A DNA stretch of 7,208 nucleotides, from the NCBI RefSeq assembly GCF_006345805.1, contig NW_021828947.1:1-7208 (forward strand). Direction: 5' to 3'. Source of the stretch: Octopus sinensis (Eukaryota). Each line of letters starts with the position of its first letter. Position 1 is the stretch's first letter. The position numbers and the translations under genes were made by a program. Below the pieces are notes generated by a model, which was not told the DNA's origin, ran no database searches, and worked only from the letters and a program-made list of their open reading frames with translations. Shown here piece by piece: positions 7,033 through 7,208 of this stretch.

Positions 7033-7208
7033 CAGTTAAAAGAATCAATTATGTAAATCTCTAATAATTTTTGCTTTTTCCTTTTTATTAGTGGTTTTCA
7101 AAATCTGATAATTGCACCAGTATATTCATGGTCGATAACAATTAGAGCTTTTATTTTATTTTTTTAACGAAAATTTAACAAAAAAGAATTTATGTCATCG
7201 AAAAAGAT

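Noticed and set aside
7089-7102. tagtggttttcaaa resembling the hAT TIR
   Set aside because: Same orientation as the 3427 TIR, only 10/14 identical, and lacks the terminal C; cannot be the right end.

Overview
AT-rich eukaryotic DNA; no rRNA, tRNA or CRISPR features seen. Four layers can be read. (1) About 188-898, minus strand: a locally GC-richer, frameshifted ORF chain of uncertain identity, weakly gag-like. (2) About 903-3776, plus strand: a HEAT-repeat gene whose motif order resembles the condensin II subunit CAP-D3 (my recollection of the family, not a database hit). It is split by a regular series of 23-30 nt GT-AG micro-introns and by many 1-nt frameshifts, several at homopolymers, so it is either a decaying gene or an intact gene in an error-prone assembly. 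(3) 4500-5491, plus strand: a decayed, internally deleted Buster/Charlie-type hAT transposase; a Buster-type left end with an nnnTAnnn flank lies at 3419-3469 inside a 303-nt intron of the HEAT gene. (4) 5583 to at least 6685, minus strand: an internally deleted Helitron (PIF1 helicase remnant) with a doubled CTAG 3' end, inserted about 90 bp past the hAT stop codon. A 56-bp direct repeat lies at 6799/6977. Most of the window is a transposon graveyard and I cannot support a wholly new system. The best leads are the micro-intron architecture and the status of the CAP-D3-like gene.
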